Shown piece by piece: positions 1-8,303 of a stretch of DNA of 11,521 nt; position 1 is the first letter of the stretch; each line of letters opens with the position of its first letter. The notes beneath the pieces are model-generated. The model was not told the origin of the DNA and searched no databases. It saw only the letters and a list, made by a program, of their open reading frames with translations. Origin of the DNA: a virus. Lineage: Duplodnaviria; Heunggongvirae; Uroviricota; Caudoviricetes. Position numbers and translations under genes: made by a program. The stretch lies in the IMG/VR virus record IMGVR_UViG_2657245124_000008. One strand, given 5' to 3'.

Positions 1-258
1 ATGCAAACCGTTATTTTTGGTCGTCCGGGTTGCCCTTACTGTGTGCGTGCAAAAGATCTGGCTGAGAAATTGAGCAATGAACACGATGATTTTCAGTATC
101 ACTATGTAGATATTCGTGCGGAAGGGATCACTAAAGAAGATCTACAACAAAAGGCAGGTAAACCCGTAGAAACCGTGCCGCAGATTTTTGTCGATCAGCA
201 ACATATCGGCGGCTATACCGATTTTGCTGCATGGGTGAAAGAAAATCTGGACGCCTGA
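1..258 (+). CDS. grxA: glutaredoxin 1 (85 aa)
   Basis: ATG at 1, TGA at 256-258. The product carries the CPYC active-site motif (residues 11-14) and matches E. coli Grx1 almost residue for residue from memory. Followed by a hairpin terminator. Confidence 0.93.
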   Translation: MQTVIFGRPGCPYCVRAKDLAEKLSNEHDDFQYHYVDIRAEGITKEDLQQKAGKPVETVPQIFVDQQHIGGYTDFAAWVKENLDA

Positions 259-269
259 TCGTCTGACAA

Positions 270-300
270 GCCCTCACGTTGAGGGCTTTACTGATTTTTT
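270..300 (+). terminator. rho-independent terminator after grxA (possibly shared with convergent ybjM)
   Basis: Stem GCCCTCA (270-276), loop CGT, stem TGAGGGC (280-286), then a T-rich tract TTTACTGATTTTTT (287-300). The ybjM stop codon on the opposite strand (288-290) lies in the tail. Confidence 0.55.
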
Positions 301-665
301 CTGTGCTGTGGTTTAAACAAACTACTGATAAATAAGAAACACAGTGCCCCCAGCGCACACCAGAACACCGCACTTAATAACCATGCCAGCTCTTGCCAGA
401 ATGAGCGCGTCGGTGAAAAAAACAGCCGCATAATGAGCATCGAACAGGGTGCCGCCAGCATTGCGCCAAACAGAGGTTTCAGGACTTCTCTACGCTGTGA
501 AAAGAAGCTGGCGACTGCTCCAGGAAGAATGAAAAATAGCAAGCCGATTTCAGGATGCCCGGCAGCCCGAAAAGCGCCTTTCATGTGCGTCGCCAGAAAA
601 AGGCACACCACAATGAAGAGGACAAAACAGCAGATTGCCCCCGCCCAACGTTGTTTATGTTTCAC
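288..665 (-). CDS. ybjM: small inner-membrane protein YbjM (125 aa)
   Basis: 125-aa hydrophobic product with several predicted transmembrane segments. Size and sequence match E. coli YbjM from memory, and its position between grxA and ybjL matches the E. coli locus order as I recall it. Confidence 0.8.
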   Translation of the reverse strand: MKHKQRWAGAICCFVLFIVVCLFLATHMKGAFRAAGHPEIGLLFFILPGAVASFFSQRREVLKPLFGAMLAAPCSMLIMRLFFSPTRSFWQELAWLLSAVFWCALGALCFLFISSLFKPQHRKNQ

Positions 666-934
666 TCGTTCCTCCTGACACTGCGTCTATCGAACACATT
701 TTTCGCCAGTGTGGCGTTCAGTAAGATAAAGCCGCTTCGCATTCCATGCTAATATAGGCCAACGCAATTCATATAGCCGTTGATACCTAATGTGATTACA
801 CTAGTAAAATATATTGTTACTTTACTATCGTTTAGGTGCGCTGAATGAATCTGCGCCCTGAATTCTGGTAAAAAACATTATCGTAAATTACCATTTCTTT
901 CAACAGCTTACTAGTAAACAAGAAGTTAGCCTCC

Positions 935-2620
935 GTGAATATAAACGTCGCCGAATTGTTAAATGGGAATTACATTCTGTTATTATTTGTGGTCCTCGCG
1001 CTTGGGCTATGTCTCGGAAAGTTACGACTTGGTTCGATCCAACTGGGTAATTCCATTGGCGTTTTAGTCGTATCGCTGTTATTAGGCCAACAACATTTCA
1101 GCATTAACACCGATGCGCTTAATCTTGGCTTTATGCTGTTTATTTTCTGTGTTGGGGTTGAAGCCGGACCGAACTTTTTTTCCATTTTTTTTCGCGATGG
1201 GAAAAATTACCTAATGTTAGCACTGGTGATGGTTGGCAGTGCGCTGGTGATCGCCTTAGGGTTAGGTAAGCTGTTTGGCTGGGATATTGGCCTGACGGCC
1301 GGTATGTTAGCAGGCTCTATGACGTCGACACCGGTTCTGGTCGGTGCTGGCGATACACTGCGTCATTCCGGCATGGAAAGCAGGCAGCTCTCACTGGCAC
1401 TGGATAATCTGAGCCTCGGGTATGCCTTAACCTATTTAATCGGTCTGGTGAGTTTGATTGTTGGTGCGCGTTACTTGCCGAAATTGCAGCATCAGGACTT
1501 ACAGACCAGCGCCCAGCAAATCGCCCGCGAACGTGGCCTAGACACTGATGCCAACCGTAAGGTTTATTTACCGGTGATCCGCGCCTATCGCGTCGGCCCG
1601 GAGCTGGTGGCCTGGACCGACGGCAAAAATCTGCGTGAACTGGGTATTTATCGACAAACCGGCTGCTACATTGAACGTATTCGACGTAACGGGATTCTGG
1701 CAAATCCAGACGGTGATGCCGTGCTACAAATGGGCGATGAAATAGCGTTGGTAGGCTATCCCGACGCCCATGCCCGACTCGATCCCAGCTTCCGTAACGG
1801 TAAAGAAGTTTTCGATCGTGACCTTCTCGACATGCGTATCGTCACTGAAGAAGTGGTCGTTAAAAACCATAACGCTGTAGGTAAACGTCTCGCACAACTG
1901 AAGTTGACCGATCACGGTTGCTTCCTTAACCGCGTCATTCGTAGCCAGATTGAGATGCCGATAGATGACAACGTCGTGCTTAACAAAGGTGACGTTTTAC
2001 AAGTCAGCGGTGATGCCCGTCGCGTAAAAACCATCGCCGATCGCATCGGCTTTATCTCGATTCACAGCCAGGTCACTGACCTGCTGGCATTTTGCGCCTT
2101 CTTTGTTATTGGGCTGATGATCGGGATGATCACCTTCCAGTTCAGCACATTCAGTTTCGGCATGGGGAACGCTGCCGGGTTGTTATTCGCCGGAATTATG
2201 CTGGGCTTTATGCGTGCTAACCACCCGACCTTCGGTTACATTCCGCAGGGTGCATTAAGCATGGTGAAAGAGTTCGGCTTGATGGTGTTTATGGCAGGCG
2301 TTGGTCTGAGCGCCGGTAGCGGTATTAATAACGGCCTGGGCGCGATTGGCGGTCAGATGTTGATTGCCGGATTGATTGTCAGTCTGGTGCCCGTGGTTAT
2401 CTGTTTCTTGTTCGGTGCTTATGTATTGCGAATGAACCGCGCGCTGTTGTTCGGCGCAATGATGGGCGCACGTACCTGCGCGCCGGCAATGGAGATCATC
2501 AGTGATACAGCTCGCAGTAACATCCCGGCGCTGGGCTATGCGGGCACCTATGCAATCGCCAACGTCCTGCTGACGCTGGCAGGGACAATCATCGTCATGG
2601 TATGGCCAGGATTAGGATAA
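935..2620 (+). CDS. ybjL: putative transporter YbjL (561 aa, AAE/YidE-YbjL type), GTG start
   Basis: 561-aa polytopic membrane protein starting [24 protein letters not shown], matching E. coli YbjL from memory. The start codon at 935 is GTG. Hydrophobic N- and C-terminal halves flank a soluble central region, as in YidE/YbjL proteins. Confidence 0.9.
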
Positions 2621-2732
2621 AACTGAAGTTGCCCTGAAAATGAAATTTTTTTGCACAACCGCAGAACTTTTCCGCAGGGCATCAGTCTTAATTAGTGCCA
2701 CTGCTTTTCTTTGATGTCCCCATTTTGTGGAG

Positions 2733-2776
2733 CCCATCAACCCCGCCATTTCGGTTCAAGGTTGATGGGTTTTTTG
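2733..2776 (+). terminator. rho-independent terminator-like hairpin in the ybjL/prophage junction region
   Basis: Stem CCCATCAACC (2733-2742) pairs with GGTTGATGGG (2760-2769) across a 17-nt loop, followed by TTTTTTG. The T-run is on the plus strand, so this most likely terminates ybjL. The same hairpin read on the minus strand may also terminate ogr. Confidence 0.5.
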
Positions 2777-2855
2777 TTGCCTGAAATTTATGTCGTTTAA
2801 AATCATGACGTTAGAAGCACTGTTTTTTAACGATGGCGACAAAATGGCGGCAGCG

Positions 2856-3074
2856 TCAAAGAGAGAGCGCCACCTGTCCTGATTTCATTGGATGCGGCTG
2901 AACCGGATTTGACTCTTTTGGCGTTGCAATCGAACGAACAAAAGTTTCATGGGTTACAAAAGTATGGCTGCAGTTAATATTCTGGCACTGGTTGTAACGC
3001 TCTTTGGTCAATGAAGATACCTGAAAACTGCTGCGAGTATGGGCGGCACTTCCACACAGTGGGCAAATCATCAT
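2856..3074 (-). CDS. ogr: Ogr/Delta-family zinc-finger late transcription activator (about 73 aa)
   Basis: Product MMICPLCGSAAHTRSS...KERYNQCQNINCSHTF... has the Cys-x2-Cys ... Cys-x4-Cys arrangement and KERY(H/N)QCQN(V/I)NC core of P2 Ogr. The six-frame ORF extends to 3167 only because no in-frame stop intervenes. The internal ATG at 3074 aligns with the P2 Ogr N-terminus and is preceded by GGGAGA. Confidence 0.75.
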   Translation of the reverse strand: MMICPLCGSAAHTRSSFQVSSLTKERYNQCQNINCSHTFVTHETFVRSIATPKESNPVQPHPMKSGQVALSL

Positions 3075-3110
3075 TTTTCGAGTTCTCCCATTTTTGCTAA
3101 ATTCACAATA

Positions 3111-3137
3111 ATGATACCGCATTATTCCATTTTGCAA
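3111..3137 (-). promoter_or_regulatory. candidate sigma70 promoter for ogr
   Basis: Read on the minus strand: -35-like TTGCAA (3132-3137) and -10 TATCAT (3111-3116) with a 15-16 nt spacer, about 35 nt upstream of the ogr ATG. This is a by-eye match only. Confidence 0.3.
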
Positions 3138-3163
3138 ACTTAAAAGTTCTCCATTGCGAAGAA

Positions 3164-4264
3164 TCATTCCATTTCGAAATCATCAATCTTCACTTCGAGT
3201 TCAATACTGGTTGTAAAACCGTTATCCGGGCTGACGGTATGTGTCAGAGTCGTAATGGTCCATTCCGCATCATCTATCGGCTGTTTAAAACCACTGACCT
3301 TCACAGGCATTTCCGTGTAGAGATCTGCCCGCCCTTCTGCCAGTTGTAGCGAAAATGACGCAACGCCGCGTTGCAGGCGTTCCCACTGCATTTTCGCCGC
3401 TCGTTCGGCGTTGCTCCGGTTGGCATAAGTGCGATTAAGTACCAGCACGTTTTCATCCGTACCCACCAGGTAATCGCCCTGCTTCGCTTCTGGCTCTTTC
3501 TTCTGCTTCTTAGTTCTGCGCTTACGCTTCACCGTGGTGCTTTCTTTCTTCGCAGGTTCGCGGGTATGCAACCAGCTGGCAATTACGCCCGTGTAGGCTC
3601 CGCGATCTGCCAGGGTAAATCGGTGACTGTCGCCGTCCTTGCGTGTGATAGTGATCACTGGCAGAGGTTTACCAGTGACGCTTTTGCCCTGCCCCTGCCG
3701 GATGAATAACAGATTGCCATTTTTCACCGACGCGATGGCACCGTATTGTCGCGCCAGCCGCATCAGAAAACTGCCGTCACTCTCATTAGTCTGGTCTATA
3801 TGCTCCACGGGCTTATCCGACAGGTCTTTACCCAGTGCCATCTTCAGCTTGTGCCGCGCGGCTATTTCCTTCACCACTTCCCCGACGGTGGTCTTATGCC
3901 ACGATTTTTCACGGCGGGTATTCAGCGTTTCCCGAAAATCAGCACTTCGCGCCCGGATAGTCAGGCGGTCCGGTGCGCCAGTGTGTTCAATCTCGTCCAC
4001 TGTGAATGCCCCTTTCGGGAAAAGCAGCTGCCCCTTCCAGCCCAGCGCCAGCGTAATGACCGCACCACGGCGCGGCAGCACGATTTTTCCGTCAGCGTCA
4101 TCCAACTCCAGATCAAGCTGGTCCGCTTCAAAGCCCCGGTTATCCGTCAGCGTCAAACTCATCAGGCGGTTATCCAGCACTGTGGTGATATCCCTGCCCT
4201 CAATACTGATGCTGAATGCGGGAGTTTTGTTGCCTTTGTTAAGCAGTTCTGAGCTGAAATTCAC
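3164..4264 (-). CDS. D: P2 gpD-like tail protein (366 aa)
   Basis: 366-aa product with recognisable similarity to P2 gpD, sitting immediately after U and before ogr as in P2. The start is GTG at 4264, overlapping the U stop (GTGA). Confidence 0.85.
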   Translation of the reverse strand: MNFSSELLNKGNKTPAFSISIEGRDITTVLDNRLMSLTLTDNRGFEADQLDLELDDADGKIVLPRRGAVITLALGWKGQLLFPKGAFTVDEIEHTGAPDRLTIRARSADFRETLNTRREKSWHKTTVGEVVKEIAARHKLKMALGKDLSDKPVEHIDQTNESDGSFLMRLARQYGAIASVKNGNLLFIRQGQGKSVTGKPLPVITITRKDGDSHRFTLADRGAYTGVIASWLHTREPAKKESTTVKRKRRTKKQKKEPEAKQGDYLVGTDENVLVLNRTYANRSNAERAAKMQWERLQRGVASFSLQLAEGRADLYTEMPVKVSGFKQPIDDAEWTITTLTHTVSPDNGFTTSIELEVKIDDFEME

Positions 4265-4746
4265 GACAGCAGCCCTCCCACCGTTTTACTGATATCGCTT
4301 AAGGCAGACGTTGCCGTGTCCTGCAGATTATTCAGTTGCGCACTGAGATCACCGAACATATCGGACAGGGATTCATCCACTCGTTTGAGCGACAGGGTGA
4401 ACTCAATCCGGCGCGGCATACCGTCGCGGAAAAACTCCGTTTTAGTCTGATTCAGTCCCTCAATCACATACATGCCGTAAATCGTGCCGCTGCCTTCAAT
4501 CAGGGGCCATGCTTTCCCCTGTTCTGCCATCTGCTCCAGTGCCAGCAACGACAGCCTGCCGCCTGTTATCTCCGGCATAAGAACACCGGAAAGCGTCAGC
4601 ATGTCGTTTTCCGGTCCCAGAAACTGCGTGGACGGACGTCGGTTTACCCGACTGTTTGCCGCATGTCGCCAGCTGCGTTGATACTGCAGTTCCTGATACG
4701 GAACGGTGCGCAGCATAAACACGTACAATCCCAGCACCATCATCAT
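4261..4746 (-). CDS. U: P2 gpU-like tail protein (161 aa)
   Basis: 161-aa product, similar in size and sequence to P2 gpU (about 159 aa from memory). Its ATG overlaps the T stop (ATGA), indicating translational coupling. Confidence 0.85.
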   Translation of the reverse strand: MMMVLGLYVFMLRTVPYQELQYQRSWRHAANSRVNRRPSTQFLGPENDMLTLSGVLMPEITGGRLSLLALEQMAEQGKAWPLIEGSGTIYGMYVIEGLNQTKTEFFRDGMPRRIEFTLSLKRVDESLSDMFGDLSAQLNNLQDTATSALSDISKTVGGLLS

Positions 4747-7700
4747 GCGTCGTATCCCCCCTGATCGCTGTAGTTACTCCTGGCTTTTGCCTTCAGCCTG
4801 CGTTCACGTTCATCAAGCTGGCGTGCCACCTCCCGCGCAATATCCTGCGCACTTTGTCCTGGCTGCGTCTGAATGATGATCTGCGTCGGTGCCTCAATCC
4901 GTTGAACGAGCGGCACAGTGGCTGCGCGACTCACAATTGCTTCTCCACCTTTCGCGGGAAGTGCCAAAGGGTGCAACGGTGGAAGCTCTGCTGGCGCGGC
5001 AGCAACGCCCATCATTCCGGCAACAACGGCAGCCAGTGCAGCTGTATTTCTCCGGCTGGTCACATTTGCCGGGCCGTTAACAATTTCCGGCCCGTTTTCA
5101 CCGACGATGCCAAACTGCCCGCGCGGGATATACCCGCCGCTGTCATACATCCCCGCAAAGCCATATCCCCATGATGGAAAACCACCCGATGGCATCATCA
5201 CTTTGCCGTCTGCATTCACCGTCGCAGGTTGCTGACGCGTCACGCTTTCCGGTAGTTTTGCCTTTGCGGCCTCTTTACTGACAATGCCGAGTTTCTCCAG
5301 CAACCAGGAAACGCCGGATTTCAGGGAGTCCAGCGGATGCATGACCATATTCAGCCCTTCCGCCAGAGCCTCCCCGAATCGTCGCCCCATTGCCGCTGCA
5401 CTCTGCAGTTCGGCAGAGGTCGACTTAACGGGCGTCAGCAGGTCAGTAAACCAGCCCCACAGCGCCTGCACTTTGTCGCCAATCCACTGGAACACAGGCT
5501 TAAGTGGTTCGAATGCGGCACTGACGGGACCTGCCGCCGCTTTGAATCCCTCCACCACGCCACCGAGAAATGCGGTGATGGGTTGCCAGTATTTCCAGAC
5601 AACCAGCGCCACGCCTGCCAGTGCAGTAACCACTAGACCTATCGGACTGAGCAGAGCACCTAACAGACCAGATATGGCATACAGGGCAACGCGCAGCATC
5701 GCCAGTGGACCAGATGCCAGTACTCGCTGCACCGTACCTGCGGCGGTCAGTCCACCGCGCAGTACCGCCAGAGGATTCATAAACATCACAGCAACCGCAC
5801 GTAAACCGGATAATCCAGACCGCAAAAGTGCAACCGGCGCACCTGCAACAGTTTTCAGGACATTTCCCGTCAGTGATGCCGTACGGCGCAAAGACGACAA
5901 CGGCGCAGTAAGTAAACCCGCTGCGTTACCCGATAAAGCAAGCCCGTGTCGCAGCAGTGCCAGTGGTGCGCCAGCCAGCCAGGACAACGCGCTGCTGGTT
6001 CGTGTTACTGCTGCCGTAACGGAAGGTAACGTTTTGATGCCCAGCACAGAGAATCCCAGACGGATGACTGCCAGCGGCCCCAGCACTGCAGCCAGCGCCA
6101 CAGCCAAGGTGCCGAGGCCGACGGTAACCGCAGCCACAATAGCGGCTACTTTCATCAGTGTGCCCGTCAGTTCCGGGTTAGCTTCCACCCAGCGACGCAA
6201 CGCTCCCGTAACGCTTTTCACCGTGTACAGAATATCCATCAGCGGCTGGCGCAGCGTTTCGCCCAGGCTGCTGAAGGTATTCTGCGCTCCGGTTTTAACC
6301 AGCAACCACTGAGCAGAAAGTGAGTCCTTGTTGATGTCGGATTCTTTCTGCATGGAACCGAGCGCATCATTGCCCGCTGTCAGTTTTAGCTGGCGCTGTA
6401 GTTCCGGCAGGTTGTTTGCCAGTTTCGCCGCGTCATCGCCAAACTCTTTACCAAACAACATGGTCATGGCAGACAGACGCTTGTCCTGCGGCAGTGCGTT
6501 CACCTTCTCCAGCACACGCTGGATAGTTCCCATCGCATCCTTCGTCATCTGCTTTTCAATCACTTCAGGATTGAGTTTCAGCAGATTCATCCCTTCAAAG
6601 AAACTCTTGCTTTGCATGGTGGCAATGGACAATTCACGCACCATCGCGTTTGCTGCACTGGCTGCAACCTCCGGCGCAGCGCCCAGTGTCAGAAAGGTGG
6701 AACCCAGTGCCGCCGCTTTACGATAATCCAGACGGTCAGCCACACCGCCCAGACGTTGCATCACATCAATGATGTCCGCCCCTTTCGACATGGCGTTATC
6801 ATCCAGATAGTTCAGCGCATCGCCGAGCTGTTCAATATTGCGGGTAGGTATTTTGTAGAGCTGGGCGATTTTCCCCAGACTTTCTGACAGTTCATCCGCT
6901 GGCAGCTCAAAGGCTGTTGCCGCCTTTGCTGCCGTACTGGCGAAGGCCAGCAGGTCACGTTTCTGGTCTTCCCAGCTGTCGTCAGGGTCTGCGACGTTCA
7001 TGCGCGCACCACCTTCAACCAGTGCAGCGAAGTCCACCGCACCGTTTTCCATCGGCAACTGTTCGCTGGCAGCCTTGATGGCATCCTGCATTTCATAAAA
7101 ACGTGCAGTACGGTTTCCATTATCGTCACGCAGACCATTGACCTGCTTTGCCACACCTTTCATGGCATCTTCCATGCTGGTATAGCTTTTTACTGCCGCC
7201 ATCACTGGCGTCCCCATTGCCAGCCCTGCAGCCGTGGTAGTGGCTCCGGCTCCTGCAATACGATCGCGCACCTCCAGCGAACGGGCATAACTGGCACGCG
7301 CCGCATTCATCCTGCGCTGAGCTTCACCCAGTCGCTTCAGCCGCGCCTCCTGTTTCGACAATTCCTGGTTATAACGTGATGTTTCACGGGCTAAACGGGC
7401 AGTTGCTCCCGCATCATCTTTCGCAGAAATTCCCGCCCGGTACAGTTCTGCACGCACAAGCGCCGTTTGCTTCTGCAAATATTTTTGTTGTTCTTCCAGG
7501 CGTTGGACTGCCAGCGTTTGCCGACCTAAAGCCACAAGGTGCCGTTGTGATGGTTGTTCCATCGCCTCCAGCTCAGAGCTAAGCAAATTAGCCTTCTGTC
7601 TGGCATAGTTCAGCCTGTCGCCTAACTTCTTGTTATCGGCCTGCAGCTTGCGAAATTTTTCCAGGCTGTTACCCGCCTGATTGAGTTGCTTTAATGCGTC

Positions 7701-7820
7701 ACGGGAGTTTCTGATTGCACCAGCCAGCTCTTTCGAACTGGCCTGTGCAGCACGGAATGGGCGGGTGAGTTTGTCAACCGCATTAAGAATGACCTGCAGG
7801 CGCAGGTTGTTATCACTCAT
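4743..7820 (-). CDS. T: tail tape measure protein (gpT-like, 1025 aa)
   Basis: Long ORF with a coiled-coil-like, Q/R/K/E/A-rich N-terminal region, a central Ala/Gly/Leu-rich hydrophobic repeat block, and a position between E/E' and U. All are typical of tape measure proteins. Confidence 0.9.
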   Translation of the reverse strand: MSDNNLRLQVILNAVDKLTRPFRAAQASSKELAGAIRNSRDALKQLNQAGNSLEKFRKLQADNKKLGDRLNYARQKANLLSSELEAMEQPSQRHLVALGRQTLAVQRLEEQQKYLQKQTALVRAELYRAGISAKDDAGATARLARETSRYNQELSKQEARLKRLGEAQRRMNAARASYARSLEVRDRIAGAGATTTAAGLAMGTPVMAAVKSYTSMEDAMKGVAKQVNGLRDDNGNRTARFYEMQDAIKAASEQLPMENGAVDFAALVEGGARMNVADPDDSWEDQKRDLLAFASTAAKAATAFELPADELSESLGKIAQLYKIPTRNIEQLGDALNYLDDNAMSKGADIIDVMQRLGGVADRLDYRKAAALGSTFLTLGAAPEVAASAANAMVRELSIATMQSKSFFEGMNLLKLNPEVIEKQMTKDAMGTIQRVLEKVNALPQDKRLSAMTMLFGKEFGDDAAKLANNLPELQRQLKLTAGNDALGSMQKESDINKDSLSAQWLLVKTGAQNTFSSLGETLRQPLMDILYTVKSVTGALRRWVEANPELTGTLMKVAAIVAAVTVGLGTLAVALAAVLGPLAVIRLGFSVLGIKTLPSVTAAVTRTSSALSWLAGAPLALLRHGLALSGNAAGLLTAPLSSLRRTASLTGNVLKTVAGAPVALLRSGLSGLRAVAVMFMNPLAVLRGGLTAAGTVQRVLASGPLAMLRVALYAISGLLGALLSPIGLVVTALAGVALVVWKYWQPITAFLGGVVEGFKAAAGPVSAAFEPLKPVFQWIGDKVQALWGWFTDLLTPVKSTSAELQSAAAMGRRFGEALAEGLNMVMHPLDSLKSGVSWLLEKLGIVSKEAAKAKLPESVTRQQPATVNADGKVMMPSGGFPSWGYGFAGMYDSGGYIPRGQFGIVGENGPEIVNGPANVTSRRNTAALAAVVAGMMGVAAAPAELPPLHPLALPAKGGEAIVSRAATVPLVQRIEAPTQIIIQTQPGQSAQDIAREVARQLDERERRLKAKARSNYSDQGGYDA

Positions 7821-8249
7821 CGTTGGCCCCGCTTCTCTGAATCGCTTTATACCGCCATTCCAGCACTTCGGTCAGCGGCATAACGTCAGTAACGGATGGC
7901 GGCCAGTGAAAAATGGTGGCGATATCTGCCACCAGATCGTCAACCGTCAGGCTGTCGGTAAACCGGCAAGCACCGACTTCTTCAACAAAAAAGTGACAAC
8001 CTCAACCGACATGGCTGTGAGATCTGCCGGGTCCATCTCTGCGATTTCCTGTGCAGTCAGTGCCGGACTGGAGATGCGGGGGATCACGGTCATCATCGCG
8101 TTCACATCCATATCCATAATGGCCTGCAGGCGTGTGCCGCGCAGCGCACCAGACTGCGGTTTACGCAACACAATTTCGGTAATTTCTGTTTTACCGCGCA
8201 TGATGGGGGTATCCAGTTGAATGGTCTTTTCAGTCTGTTTATCGCTCAT
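7813..8249 (-). CDS. E+E': gpE+E' tail assembly chaperone made by programmed -1 frameshift (about 144 aa)
   Basis: Translating by hand from the slippery site in the -1 frame gives an open frame running to a TGA at 7813-7815 (…VEEVGACRFTDSLTVDDLVADIATIFHWPPSVTDVMPLTEVLEWRYKAIQRSGANDE*). It overlaps the T start codon at 7820. The total length is close to the 142 aa I recall for P2 E+E'. Confidence 0.65.
7947..8249 (-). CDS. E: tail assembly chaperone gpE (100 aa, zero-frame product)
   Basis: Small ORF between FII and T. Its 3' end contains the slippery heptamer T TTT TTG. The ATG at 8249 is preceded by an AGGAC Shine-Dalgarno-like sequence. Confidence 0.8.
   Translation of the reverse strand: MSDKQTEKTIQLDTPIMRGKTEITEIVLRKPQSGALRGTRLQAIMDMDVNAMMTVIPRISSPALTAQEIAEMDPADLTAMSVEVVTFLLKKSVLAGLPTA
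7986..7992 (-). other. -1 programmed ribosomal frameshift slippery heptamer TTTTTTG
   Basis: The minus strand reads GTC ACT TTT TTG TTG AAG (V T F L L K) in the E frame. The heptamer T TTT TTG matches the P2 E/E' and lambda G/GT-type slippery sequence. Confidence 0.7.
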
Positions 8250-8303
8250 TTTGTTGTCCTGTAAATTAGGTTCTGGCGCGGCATTCCGCGCCGTTCAGAT
8301 ACA

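Noticed and set aside
131-752. ORFs 131-373 (minus), 433-678 (plus) and 555-752 (plus) overlapping grxA and ybjM
   Set aside because: They overlap the well-supported grxA and ybjM genes on the opposite strand and their products are Arg/Cys-rich with no motifs. They are antisense artefacts.
799-920. Direct repeat of ACTAGTAAA (about 802-810 and 910-918) in the ybjM–ybjL divergent promoter region
   Set aside because: A 9-mer recurring once in a 270-bp AT-rich intergenic region can plausibly arise by chance. There is no dyad symmetry and I recognise no regulator motif.
2790-2882. Short plus-strand ORF (about 30 aa, MSFKIMTLEALFFNDGDKMAAASKRERHLS) between the terminator and ogr
   Set aside because: It has no ribosome-binding site, overlaps the ogr 3' end antisense, and sits in the junction region; most likely non-coding.
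3371-4292. Plus-strand ORFs of 112, 217 and 168 aa (3371-3709, 3639-4292, 3746-4252) inside gene D
   Set aside because: They lie antisense to a well-supported P2 gpD-like CDS, and their products are low-complexity (Ser/Arg/Leu-rich) with no recognisable domain. They are typical shadow ORFs in GC-rich coding sequence.
4336-6887. Plus-strand ORFs inside U and T (for example 4336-4764, 4918-5235, 5284-6312 at 342 aa, 6328-6726, 6612-6887)
   Set aside because: All are antisense to the U and tape-measure genes. The 342-aa product is Ser/Ala/Pro/Thr-rich, mirroring the Ala/Gly-rich tape-measure repeats, and none has a ribosome-binding site.
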